A stretch of 64,000 nt of DNA, the filler included, from Barthelona sp. PAP020 (taxonomy: Eukaryota), in assembly GCA_040182905.1 (NCBI GenBank). It is 17 parts of 17 records of this genome, joined end to end, with 100 filler letters (N's around TTAATTAATTAA, not from the genome) between each part and the next. Parts side by side here need not be neighbours in the genome. Positions count along the whole stretch, not along the records: positions 31,053 to 34,750 come from JARQWU010000720.1; positions 34,851 to 38,531 come from JARQWU010000721.1; positions 38,632 to 42,300 come from JARQWU010000722.1; positions 42,401 to 46,062 come from JARQWU010000723.1; 13 more parts are not named here. The stretch is one strand, 5' to 3'. Position numbers and translations under genes: made by a program. How positions within the stretch are numbered: the stretch's first letter is position 1; every line of letters starts with the position of its first letter. Below the pieces are notes generated by a model. That model was not told the DNA's origin, did no database searches, and saw only the letters and a list, made by a program, of their open reading frames with translations. Positions 34,380 through 45,091 of this stretch are shown one piece after another.

Positions 34380-34700
34380 ATAATTGGACCAGTTGTGAAA
34401 CAATTACATTTGTTCACAAAGAAAAGTAAACTTAGAAAATACATTTTACCAGATTTCAGTCAAAATCTCAGGGGAAGGAAATTCAGGGACTGAAATGTAA
34501 CTTTAACGATCATGTATGAGAATTTCAGAGAAATTCTTTATTCCCATTTCTTTGTACTTGGATCAATCGGGCTTTAAAAACTTTAAACGAAATAAGCGTA
34601 TTTTTTATTCACTCATACACTCAGTGTTTCAAAGCCTGTTACTGTAGTTGTGAAACAACTATATTATTTATTTACAGGGAAAGAAATGGTTGTTGTTATT
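34380..34700. repeat. Repeat family R3 (hairpin-containing core)
   Basis: 34380-34550 matches the reverse complement of ~46170-46335. 34560-34630 (GATCAATCGGGC...TTTTTTATTCACT) matches 57420-57495. AGTTGTGAAACAA is duplicated internally at 34391 and 34647. Confidence 0.85.
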
Positions 34701-34850
34701 TATCCAATCTGTTCAATCAAGAATAACTATATTTGTTGATTATGACAAGGNNNNNNNNNNNNNNNNNNNNNNNNNNNNNNNNNNNNNNNNNNNNTTAATT
34801 AATTAANNNNNNNNNNNNNNNNNNNNNNNNNNNNNNNNNNNNNNNNNNNN

Positions 34851-34949
34851 GACTCTAAACAACTTGTTTATCGTGGTAATGATGTCAAGATTGTTTCTAA
34901 GCGTGGTCCTCTCATGTCTGTTGACCAATACATTAAACAATACTCTTAA
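34851..34949 (+). CDS. Probable ribosomal protein uL16/L10, 3' end (contig-truncated)
   Basis: DSKQLVYRGNDVKIVSKRGPLMSVDQYIKQYS* resembles the L10 C-terminal L...G..VK....GPL pattern; codon usage typical of a highly expressed gene. Confidence 0.55.
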   Translation, partial: DSKQLVYRGNDVKIVSKRGPLMSVDQYIKQYS

Positions 34950-35070
34950 GTCTGTTTATAAATTGACGGCATAACGTGCTAATTTTTATTATTATGTTTT
35001 ATGGTAATTTTGAAATTGGTTGTGAAGGAATTCCTAAAATGATAGTGTAAACAGAAAAAAATTTTTGTTT

Positions 35071-35406
35071 ATGCATTCCCCAGGAAATTTCGAATTGTTT
35101 GGAGATTATTCAAAGAAAAATGAAACAGATGAATCCAACAGTGAAAAATTAGCCATTTCAATTGAAAGAGGAACTTCAAGATTGGTTAATGTTGCACATC
35201 AAATTGAAGATGAAGCTAGTAAACATGAAACTTTAGCACAAGAAATGATAGAAAGAGGATTAAAAATAAATAACAATATGGATGATAATCTTCAACAAAT
35301 ACATTACTTTTTGACTAAAAGCCCTGATAAATATTGGTTTTGGTTGGTAATTTATGTAATATTCTTGTTTATAGTATTGTGGTTGATGGGAAAAACAAAA
35401 AAATGA
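35071..35406 (+). CDS. Small Qc-type SNARE, Bet1-like, tail-anchored
   Basis: SNARE heptad LVNVAHQIEDEASKHETLAQEM plus a C-terminal TM helix. Confidence 0.65.
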   Translation: MHSPGNFELFGDYSKKNETDESNSEKLAISIERGTSRLVNVAHQIEDEASKHETLAQEMIERGLKINNNMDDNLQQIHYFLTKSPDKYWFWLVIYVIFLFIVLWLMGKTKK

Positions 35407-35442
35407 CAAATTATTGTTTTATATATATAAATAAATAATTAC

Positions 35443-36529
35443 TCAATAGTAATAATTGTTTTCTTTTTGTCTAATTGAATAAGAGGGACCATTTGAACCA
35501 ACTTTAGGCTCCAATTCATATTGACCAGGACCGGGAACCTTTTCGTTTGATGCTTTTGGAACATTCTTTCCTTTGAAAGAAAATGCAGGTTGATGTTTTC
35601 CAACTGTTGGAGTCACGTCATATTGACCAGGACCAGGAACAGATTCATTTGATGCTTTAGGGGCGTTCTTTCCTTTTAATGAGAATGCAGGCTGGTGTTT
35701 TCCAACTGTGTTAGTCACATCATATTGACCAGGACCAGGCACAGATTCATTAGATGCTTTAGGGGCATTCTTTCCTTTTAAAGAAAATGCAGGGGCTGTC
35801 TTTGAACTCTTTGTCGAATTCAAATCATATTGACCAGGTCCAGGTGCAAGTGTTTTGATAGGCTTATCAGCATATCGACCAACAAATGCACTACCTTTAT
35901 TTGTACTGATTGTGCTCTGAACTTCATATTTACCAGGACCAGGAACTGCTTCGTTTGATGCTTTTGGTGCATTCTTTCCCTTGAAAGAAAAGGAAGGTTG
36001 GTGTTTACCGGCTTCAGTAGAAACAGAATATTGACCAGGACCAGGTACAGATTCATTGGATGCTTTGGGAGCATTCTTTCCCTTAAGTGAAAATGCGGGT
36101 CTATTCTTCCCCAACTCACGATTAACATCATATTGACCAGGACCAGGAACTTTTTCGTTTGATGACTTGGGAACGTTCTTTCCTTTAAGAGAAAAAGAAG
36201 GTCCATTCTTGGTTACAACTTTTGGAGATGCTTCATATTGACCGGGTCCAGGGAAAAGATCTTTTCCAGCAACAGGTGCATTTCTTGGACGAATAGAATA
36301 TTTGGGAGTAGATTTTGTACTGGTATAAGTTGGTTGATACTTACCAGGACCAGGAACATCTGGCGTTCTAGATTGTACATCTTGTCTGATTCGAAATGAA
36401 CCACCTACACAAAAATTAGAATTTTGAATTTTTAAATGAGAAAATACCTTTCTTTGATAGAGTTGATCCTAATTCATAAGTTCCAGGACCAGGTGTTTCA
36501 GGTTTTTTAATGGGTACAGGTTGAATCAT
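35443..36529 (-). CDS. ODF3/SHIPPO (PGP-repeat) axonemal protein; exons 36529-36448 and 36404-35443
   Basis: Repeated PGPG(Q/K/T)Y motifs. Start MIQPVPIKKPETPGPGTY is joined to the main frame through a 43-nt GT-AG intron at 36405-36447. Confidence 0.9.
36405..36447 (-). other. Spliceosomal intron, 43 nt
   Basis: GTATTT...TTCTAAT-TTTTGTG-TAG; splicing restores the frame (KK-G-GSFR). Confidence 0.85.
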
Positions 36530-36604
36530 AAAATAAAAACTAAAATTCAAAAGTTGTTCAAAGAAGAAAATTGTCTATTTTTATTATGATTTCATTTTGT
36601 AAGA

Positions 36605-38531
36605 ATGCCATTGGCCAGAAACAAACCAGTTATTGAAAGATTTATAACTCGTGAATTTTTATGTAATTTTTTTGGAGGATATTCACCTTTTCAAACAAAT
36701 TTGTTTCAGTCTTTTATTTTTATATCTTGTTTATGTATATGTATTGTAACTGCTTTAAATATTCCGATTATTGATCAAATAAGTTTTCTTTACATTTTTG
36801 TTGTGGGGTTATTGATAACCATTTATTTTTTTGTTTTAAAAATAATAATTAAAACAATATTTATTTGTCTTTCTAACACTGTTCATCAAGAAAATGGTGA
36901 AAAGGAGACTTTAGACAAGGATCATGATTTTGATCCTGAAATTCATTATAAAACAAAGGAACTAGATTATGAAATTGAGATCACTGATGAATCTCGGCAA
37001 TTATTGGCGAGCCAATTGCAGCCTTCTGATATTCCGATGCTTTCCTTCTGTCGTGATACATATGAGCTGTATCAATCGGTATTATTCCTTGCTGAACAAG
37101 GTAGAATATCCAGATCAATGATATCTCATATTTTTACCATCAAAGAACGAGAGAAATCTGGGAATTTTTTTGAAAAAATGGAATTGCAATCCTTTAGTCT
37201 CTATTTTGACAATTGGACTTTCAGTGAGATATGTTTACAATCTTTTGTTATATTGTTTGGTGTATTTACTTCGCTGATAGTAATTTCAGCATATCTCTCA
37301 AAAATGTATCGAGTTTTCTTGAGTATTCCATTGGCTTTTGCCTTGTTTTCTTTTATTTATTATCCAAAACCTCAAGCCTCTGCCTTTGTGACACCAGATC
37401 CTTCCACAGTTTATCTGAGAATGGTTGTTTTAATTTTTCTAAATGTTATATGGCTATTATTTTTTGATTATTCGTTGGTTTTAATGATTGTGAGTCTTTT
37501 TGAAATAGCAAATCCGTTACTGATTGCTTGTGTTTTTGTTCCTCCTTTGAAAACTTTGTTCGGATACATATTTGAATTCTTCTTGGTGATTGGGTTAGGT
37601 TTATCGCATACTTCAACCTTTAAACAAAGCTTTTGGAGGTTTTTCTTTTGTGTTATGGGATTTTTCATTGGTTTTGTTGGTTGTTTCATTTTAAACTTTG
37701 ATTCAGGTTTATTCATCACAATGACTGCCTCTTTAGTTTTATTTTTCAATACTTTAAGCAGTTCCTTTGATTTAAAGAGAGATTGGTTCGTTCTTCTCAT
37801 CACAATTGGAAGCTTTTTCGGTACTTGGTTTGTCTTTAATCTCGCAAAGATTGAACTGGTTTTTTTCCTGCAAATATTTGTAACATTTGGAATCGGTATC
37901 TGTGTTTGGATTTCTTCTTTAAATTCAGATAAACCCAGAAAGAAAACAAGCCGTCTAGGTCAAATTTTACAATTCGTTAACAGTCGATTCATCATTTCAT
38001 ACTGTTTATTTATTGCTGTGGATCGTTTTAGCGGCAAATTATTTTTGGATGATTCAATTTCTAGCAAAATAACCAGCTATTTCTGCTTGGTAAGAACACT
38101 GTTGACCCCTATCTTTTTCCCATTATTAGGCTCATTTTCTCTTTTAGTTTCATATTTTTTGCTACGAGTCGATCTAGCAAGCTTTGATATTCTAAATTCA
38201 ATATCTTTCCCATTGTTTTTATTCATTTGTTCTTATTCAATTCATGCAATCAGTGATTATTTGGGGAAGCGCAGATATATCCTTGCCTTTAGGAGATTAT
38301 CATTAAAGCCTTCATTTGATGGGTTATTAATGATGATTTTAAGGTCGCAATGGCACTTATTTGTGGCTTCTGATGTGTTATCTTCGTTATTTTTTTCTCC
38401 TTTGCTTACTTTTCCATCAGGAAACACCTATCTCTTTCAAACTGCTCCAAGACCATTGAGATTTTTTGATCATATTGAAGCATATGTTGATAATTCCATT
38501 GGAGAGCATTCTACACAGAATTTTGATTTGG
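36605..38531 (+). CDS. Pecanex-like multi-pass membrane protein (3'-truncated)
   Basis: N-terminal FFGGY, many TM segments, FSPLL...APRPLRFF resembling the pecanex S.PL...RP.KFW motif. Confidence 0.6.
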
Positions 38532-38802
38532 NNNNNNNNNNNNNNNNNNNNNNNNNNNNNNNNNNNNNNNNNNNNTTAATTAATTAANNNNNNNNNNNNN
38601 NNNNNNNNNNNNNNNNNNNNNNNNNNNNNNNGTGCAACCATTGCTGACTTGTATAAATTGAATCTAAAGGAAAGAAAACTGAAAGATCTGTAATTTTTAT
38701 ATTTTCAATAAATTTTTCCCAACATTTTTTCGTTTTGTATTAACATGAAAACATCATATTAAATTAATTTATTGATAATTCGTTATATATTTATGTAATT
38801 TG

Positions 38803-39879
38803 ATGTTAACCACTTTTACACATTTTGAATTTAATCAAGATTCTTCTTGTTTTTGTGTAGGAACGAACAAAGGTTATGGATTGTATCAAACTAATCCTCT
38901 TTTGAATATTATTTCAACTGCAACCACGAAAAAAGTTCGTTTGATAAAAATGCTTTTTTGTACAACTTTATTAGTCGTTGTATTTGAAGATCCCAATGAT
39001 GAAGCAAGCGAATTTACTGCTTTACTGTACAACTCCAAAACAAAAAAAAAAATTGCAGAAATTGGCTTGCCCTCCAAAATATTGAACATTTTGTTAAATC
39101 AAGAAAAAATTGTCTTTATATTAAAAAACGATATTCATATTTATTCATTACCCACTTTGAGGCATTTAAAAACTTTATTAACTGGGGATAATCCTCTTGG
39201 ACTTGGTGTTTTGTCTGTAAATCCATATATTCCATATCTAATTTATCCTTCAGATAGTACCGTACACTCTAAGTTATCAGTTCTTCACTTAAAAACGCTA
39301 AATATTATTCATGAATTTGAAACGCATCATTCGCGTATTGTTACCATGGTGTTGTCATTTGATGGTTCTACAGTATTCACTGCTTCTAGTACAGGTACCA
39401 TTATTCGTGGATTTAATGTTGCTGATGGTTTGAGAACACATCAATTTAGACGAGGTAGAACCCAAAATGATGTTTTGAAATTGTGTCTTTCAAAAGAAAG
39501 CAGTTTGTTAGCTGCGGTCTCGGCTTCGGGTAAAGTTCATATTTTCTCCACTGAAGAAGGTTTGGAAAATGATTCGTTGATGCCTTCTTTTATGAATGAT
39601 TGGTTATCACCTTCACGTAAAATTTTAGGTGTTTTATTACCTCCTCAAGCATTAACTCCATTATTTGCTGTGTCGTTCAGTGAAGATTGCAAAAAATTAA
39701 TTGTCATTGGAGGTGATGGAGTCTATAGAGATTATGTATTGGATACTTATGATTTAGAGAGTGGATGTTGTCTTTTAAATAATGAGTTTGAATTATTCAT
39801 AACTTTTAATGATGATGATGTTGCTTTAAAACCACTCAAACCTGTTATTGGGGTGAAATATGAACAATACAACAAATAA
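38803..39879 (+). CDS. ATG18: ATG18/WIPI PROPPIN
   Basis: FNQDSSCFCVGT, MLFCTTLL, TASSTGTIIR, FRRG lipid-binding motif. Confidence 0.95.
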   Translation: MLTTFTHFEFNQDSSCFCVGTNKGYGLYQTNPLLNIISTATTKKVRLIKMLFCTTLLVVVFEDPNDEASEFTALLYNSKTKKKIAEIGLPSKILNILLNQEKIVFILKNDIHIYSLPTLRHLKTLLTGDNPLGLGVLSVNPYIPYLIYPSDSTVHSKLSVLHLKTLNIIHEFETHHSRIVTMVLSFDGSTVFTASSTGTIIRGFNVADGLRTHQFRRGRTQNDVLKLCLSKESSLLAAVSASGKVHIFSTEEGLENDSLMPSFMNDWLSPSRKILGVLLPPQALTPLFAVSFSEDCKKLIVIGGDGVYRDYVLDTYDLESGCCLLNNEFELFITFNDDDVALKPLKPVIGVKYEQYNK

Positions 39880-40182
39880 TAAATATGAGTTTTTTTTTAT
39901 CATGTTGAAACTTTTTAAAAACCTAGATTTGCCAACAATCCCGCTAATTTTTTTATACGTTATTCAAACGCAATTTGGTAATTTTTTGGTGTTAAAACTG
40001 TTTCTTTTTCTGATCCACATTTATAGTCATTGTATCAAGGAAGAATTATCCTTAAAAGACTCAGCCGTTTAAAAACAAAATAAAAACCCAACAAAACATG
40101 AACAGTTATTATTTATCAATCAGTTGCAAAAAGCAAAAATTAAGAACTCAAAAGCATAAAATTCAGAATGGGAAAAATGTTA

Positions 40183-41778
40183 TCAATCAGTCATATTTTT
40201 TTTTTTTTCTATCAATCTTAATTTGGGTTGTTCTAAACGTCTAATTTTTGACTTTGAATCATCTCTATTAACCGTACTATCAAAATCAGTATCAACGTGT
40301 GTTTTAGTCGATTTTTTTTTGATGGTAATTTTTGTGTTCTTTTTTGTGTTTTTAAACCTCAAAGGTGGAACAAATTTATTAACGATTTCCTTTGAATGAC
40401 TAGGCGTATCAATATCTCCATACAATTCATTTAAGCTTGGTTGATCCCTAATATTAACACTGACATTTCTTTTGTTTGGTTTCTTGAAAGAATCAATAAG
40501 TGTTTGTTGAGGTTCTTTGGTAAATTTAGTTTGTGGGGGTGCAGATGAGTTGTATAAATTTCTTTTATTTTCATTAAAAACTGCTTCAAAGGTGTCAACA
40601 CCTTTTGGAACGGTTGATCCCAACTTAGGTAATGATTCAGCAATCTTCACACATTTGGCTAGGGTATGATTATAACTATTTCTCATGTTTTTATCTGGAA
40701 TTGAAAGCCCTAAAAGATGTGCTAAATCTAACGCCTGAAAATGTTTTTGAGCGTCATATCCAAAAAGTCCAAAAATTCTTGAAAATTCCTGAAGAAACTC
40801 TTTTGTTGTTAAATTCCCATTATATAAAAGTCCACACAAACTCATAAATTGCTCATATTCATTTTCATCATTGTTTAACAAACGTTTGATTCTATCAATC
40901 ACCATTTTTTCCCTTTCAACAAGTAATCGTTCCTCAATGACTAAATTATCAACCTTTTCATCCAAAACAGCATTGTTTGGTAAAGAAAGATCTTTATTTG
41001 GTAAAATACTTAAAATCTCATTTAAGCTCAAATGATGTTCAGTTTGATAATGTAAGATCAATTGCTCATCACTTGAAAAAACACATAATCCTGCCATTCT
41101 TCTTTGACAATCTTCAAAATGACACATAAAATGACTTTTCTTAAAATGATTTATTAATTGCTTCCATTGCTTGAAAGCTGCAGGTTTTCCATCCTCCAAA
41201 CACAAATGACAATGATGATGTTTCAAATGTTGGTGTTTTAAAAGTGCTTCCAAATCATAAAACCTTTTAGAACAAACATTACACATAGGATGTCCTTTAA
41301 AACCAGGTTCACTTTCCAAAGTTCCAGAATAATGCAATTCCAAAGATTCGTCACTGTATAAAACTTGTTCAGATAAAAAGCAAAGTCGATTTTCCAGACA
41401 ATATGAACAAAATGTAACAAAATGTTTGAAAACCAAGTGTTTTTTTAATTCTGTCATTGTTTCAAATGTTTCATAACAAATGCTGCAAGAAAATGTATTC
41501 AAATCATCAAAAACATTTTTTGTTTCCTCATCTAATAACAGAACGTTTTGTAAATCAGTTTTAATAAGACTTTTAAATCTTGGAATTCGTTTTTCGTTCA
41601 AAGCTTGAGTTGATAAAATTAATTTTGTGATTTTAGTATTACATAGTGGACATTCACTATGCTTATAAAAAGAATACTGTCGAACCATGCACTCCCCACA
41701 AAATGATGAATGACCACAAGGATGATTATAACAATGCAATTCTATTGGTGCGTAACATAATCCACACGTTTCATTCAT
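40183..41778 (-). CDS. ZNF598: ZNF598/Hel2-like RING and C2H2 E3 ligase
   Basis: N-terminal RING CGLC...CGH...CGEC...CPLC; GFKGHPMC..C..RFY; HHCHLC; HFMC. Confidence 0.88.
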   Translation of the reverse strand: MNETCGLCYAPIELHCYNHPCGHSSFCGECMVRQYSFYKHSECPLCNTKITKLILSTQALNEKRIPRFKSLIKTDLQNVLLLDEETKNVFDDLNTFSCSICYETFETMTELKKHLVFKHFVTFCSYCLENRLCFLSEQVLYSDESLELHYSGTLESEPGFKGHPMCNVCSKRFYDLEALLKHQHLKHHHCHLCLEDGKPAAFKQWKQLINHFKKSHFMCHFEDCQRRMAGLCVFSSDEQLILHYQTEHHLSLNEILSILPNKDLSLPNNAVLDEKVDNLVIEERLLVEREKMVIDRIKRLLNNDENEYEQFMSLCGLLYNGNLTTKEFLQEFSRIFGLFGYDAQKHFQALDLAHLLGLSIPDKNMRNSYNHTLAKCVKIAESLPKLGSTVPKGVDTFEAVFNENKRNLYNSSAPPQTKFTKEPQQTLIDSFKKPNKRNVSVNIRDQPSLNELYGDIDTPSHSKEIVNKFVPPLRFKNTKKNTKITIKKKSTKTHVDTDFDSTVNRDDSKSKIRRLEQPKLRLIEKKKNMTD

Positions 41779-42134
41779 TTGATAATTGTTCAAATTATAA
41801 TGAACTTATTTTTTTCAAAATGAAGCACTTGCAAATTTTTCCTTAATCGGATTTTTCACAAAATAATAGATATGACTTTACTTGTGCAATAAATTGTAAT
41901 TTTTCATTATCTTTTTATATTGAATAATATTCAAAAGAAATTTTTTTTTATCACAACACAAATATGTGAATTATTGTTCAATAAAATGAATCAAATTGAA
42001 AATGATTGAATCAAGTGACAAAAAAAAAAGCATCAATCAAGATAGATTTAAAAAAAAGAGTTTTCAGGATAACAATTTTACAAAAAAATAAATATTCGAT
42101 ATTTGTAATGAAGTGAAACATTTAAAGGCTAACA

Positions 42135-42299
42135 TCAAGAATAATTAGCAGTTTGACTACTTTCACAATTTGGACAAACTCTTGTTTTACCAACCCATTG
42201 GTTGAATTCTTCTCTATTTGCCGGTGAATTACAAGAGGTACATTTCACAACATTCAAAACTGGATATCCTGTAACCATACAGCTATAATATTTATGATG
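42135..42299 (-). CDS. IFT172: IFT172-like C-terminal zinc-binding end (contig-truncated)
   Basis: CMVTGYPVLNVVKCTSCNSPANREEFNQWVGKTRVCPNC...*; the TGYP...AN...N pattern fits IFT172 better than IFT144 or IFT121. Confidence 0.65.
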   Translation of the reverse strand, partial: HHKYYSCMVTGYPVLNVVKCTSCNSPANREEFNQWVGKTRVCPNCESSQTANYS

Positions 42300-42402
42300 A
42301 NNNNNNNNNNNNNNNNNNNNNNNNNNNNNNNNNNNNNNNNNNNNTTAATTAATTAANNNNNNNNNNNNNNNNNNNNNNNNNNNNNNNNNNNNNNNNNNNN
42401 CG

Positions 42403-42591
42403 GCACTTGTTTTAGTGAAGGCAAACAGTTCTTTAATACGACAATTTGTTAGTTCCGGCGTATATATGAATCAAATGGACTTTGACTTAGCTATTAATAC
42501 ATGTTGGGATCTGGTCGAGATTAATAAAAAGAATGGTGGTAATATGCATCAATATATTGATGAAAATACTGATGAAAGTGATGATGATTAA
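42403..42591 (+). CDS. 3' end of a paralogue carrying the 'SSG...NGGNM' domain
   Basis: LIRQFVSSGVYMNQMDFDLAINTCWDLVEINKKNGGNMHQYIDENTDESDDD* aligns with IIVELLSSGICLS...DMDVVLYNTANGGNMLEF in the 57757 gene. Confidence 0.75.
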   Translation, partial: ALVLVKANSSLIRQFVSSGVYMNQMDFDLAINTCWDLVEINKKNGGNMHQYIDENTDESDDD

Positions 42592-42789
42592 GTTTAACCG
42601 GTAAATTTTTGAGAATACATTTCTTTTTGGTTATTTATTGCATTAAATTCTGAACAGTTTATATCCCACTCTTGTGTGTAGGGGTTGTGACTGAGAAGTT
42701 AGCAGTTTGACCTTTCTTTCACTCTTGCATATAAAAAAATATAATTCTAAAAAATGGATACCAATGCTGCAAGAAACAAACGATTATCA

Positions 42790-43322
42790 ATCAAAACTTC
42801 TGAAAGTTTGGGGAAATTTTTCTTTCTAAACTGGCCAAATATTTCTTCCACACTGATTGAGTTTTGGTGTAAACTGTCGTCTTCTTTTCGTGCAAGTTTT
42901 GTGACATGTTTGAGTTGGACATGTTCAGACGTTCATATATTAGATATTTCGATGTTTTAACTCAAAAATTAGTAAAGGCTTTATTATTCTTGTTCTCAGT
43001 TAGAGTTTTTGGGTACTTGCAACTGAGTCATTTTTGTGTGGATGGTTCAGAACATCTTAAAAAAAAAAAAACGAAATGTAGTATGCTTTTTCCTTCTTTC
43101 TAATAAAATTTTGATTGTTCTTCTCTGGGCTTCCTTGATAAAACTTTGTAATTCCTTGTTAACCTACTATGTACACTTGTATCCTTCTTTTCATGAATCA
43201 TTTGATTCTTTGCTATCATTTCACTTTCAATTTTGATACCCATTAATATCAGAAATTGCAAGAAGAAACCTAAAACACATTTATATTGTCTTTTGTGTGA
43301 AATTCGTCCGTTTTGCTACGAA
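42790..43322. repeat. Repeat family R1 copy
   Basis: Colinear with 1450-2074; same terminus TTTTGCTACGAA. Confidence 0.9.
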
Positions 43323-43347
43323 TATAATAATAATCATTTGTTTAACG

Positions 43348-44817
43348 CTAAAAGAAAAGGGATAAGAAAAAAAAAGCACAAGAACATTGTAAAATTAACA
43401 AACAAACAGTAGTAAAAAAGCCAGTTTTAATAAAAGTTGCCCCATTAAAGACAGGATCTTCCTCATTCTTCACACCCAAAGAATAAGCAGAAAGATTGGG
43501 AAAAGAAGAAACAGGTAACGTCATGGCACCTGAAGTAATAAATACAGATGACAAACAAGGAATGACGGGATTAACAGAACAATGTTCACACACTTCCACG
43601 ACCAAATTCAACAAAAGTGCTGCCGCGATTGTTGAGCTAATAACGTTTCCCATTACACCCAAAAACAAAGTAAAAGCAATTGTTACAACATATAAAGAAG
43701 CATTATTTAATTTTTCCCCAAGAAATTTTGAACACAAATCCAACAGTCCAGACAATTGAAGGATTTTTGCTAAAGATAATCCACCACCCATTACAATGAG
43801 CGGAGACCATTGCAATTTATTAAAATCAGCAGTTTTTAATGATTTCACTGAAAAAAAGACAACAATAGGAATAAGGGCAATTACACCCAAAGAACCAAAC
43901 AAAAAACTCAATTCATGAGCTAAACACCAACAAAAAATGGTAACAATGCCAACAAAAAGAACGAACCAAAACTCTTTCGAAGGTACAATCTTCGGTTGAA
44001 CAATTGGGGGAAAAGTGAGTTTTCTGACCTTTGTAAAAACAATTAAGATAAGCCACACAATTATTAAATAAATCAAACACAAGGGAAATGCAAAAGAAAT
44101 CCATTTAATGAACCCAAGTTTGGTGGTTGTGTTATTGACAATGACATCAAGAGCAATTGCATTTTGTGGTGATGCAATAGGTGATGTCATCCCTCCAATG
44201 TTTGAAGCAAAGGCAACTCCAAATAAAAGAGCCTGTTGAACATTCTTTCTTTTTTCAAAAAGAAAAATCCCTTTACATATTGATAAACAAATAACAGCAG
44301 CAGTTACATTTGATATCACTGAAGATAACAAAACGGCTAAAACCATAATACCAAAAAGAAAAGTTGGCACTTTTAAACCTGTAACTTTCAACAGAATATT
44401 GGACAAAATTTGATCAATCTTTTGTTTTTCTAAAGCATTAGATAATACAAAAGCTCCTAAAAATAAGACAATTAATTGATCAAAGAATGGAGCTAAAAGA
44501 ATTTCACCCGTTTCAGCTGCCGATTTTTCAGGAATTACTTTGAAGATAACACCTAATAAAGGAATAAATAAAGCAGTTGTAAACGATGGAATCCATTCTG
44601 TTATCCATAATAGAACAGCCAATAATAAAATTATTAAAGCATGAATAAAAGTCTTGTTTTGATTGAAATGTATTAATAAAATTTCAATTAAACCCAATAT
44701 AATAATAATCCACAATAAAATTAAAGAATATTGGCCATCTTCAATTTCTTCTTCCAAATCGCTTTTTATCGCGTTAATCAGTGGAGTATTTTCGGCAGGA
44801 TCATTCTTTTCATTCAT
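43348..44817 (-). CDS. DASS/SLC13 family transporter (Pho87/Pho90-like, no SPX domain)
   Basis: LWITEWIP, ISNVTAA, ASNIGGMTSPIASPQN, LPVSSFPN. Confidence 0.92.
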   Translation of the reverse strand: MNEKNDPAENTPLINAIKSDLEEEIEDGQYSLILLWIIIILGLIEILLIHFNQNKTFIHALIILLLAVLLWITEWIPSFTTALFIPLLGVIFKVIPEKSAAETGEILLAPFFDQLIVLFLGAFVLSNALEKQKIDQILSNILLKVTGLKVPTFLFGIMVLAVLLSSVISNVTAAVICLSICKGIFLFEKRKNVQQALLFGVAFASNIGGMTSPIASPQNAIALDVIVNNTTTKLGFIKWISFAFPLCLIYLIIVWLILIVFTKVRKLTFPPIVQPKIVPSKEFWFVLFVGIVTIFCWCLAHELSFLFGSLGVIALIPIVVFFSVKSLKTADFNKLQWSPLIVMGGGLSLAKILQLSGLLDLCSKFLGEKLNNASLYVVTIAFTLFLGVMGNVISSTIAAALLLNLVVEVCEHCSVNPVIPCLSSVFITSGAMTLPVSSFPNLSAYSLGVKNEEDPVFNGATFIKTGFFTTVCLLILQCSCAFFFLSLFF

Positions 44818-45091
44818 AACAGTCGAAAATTGAACTTTATCAAAAGTTTAACTGTGTATAAAATTGAGTTATCATGAAGTCACCAAAATTCTTTGTTTTA
44901 TGTGAAAGTTCACTTTTAAACAACCAAATGATTAAAAAAAAAGAGAATATGATTTATAAAACTATTAATTATTGATGTATAAGGTTGTTTTTACAGAAAA
45001 AAAACATATCTAAAATAAAAATAAATGAAACAACACTCTGAATTAAAATCTTTGATTTTTAAGAAAAAAATTTGACGAAAAACTTTAAAAA

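Noticed and set aside
35071..35406. His instead of Gln at the SNARE zero layer
   Set aside because: Non-Gln zero layers are already known in Bet1-type SNAREs.
36337..36348. ATACTTACCAGG resembling the U1 snRNA 5' end
   Set aside because: It is the antisense of PGKY codons inside the ODF3-like exon, with no U1 stems or Sm site.
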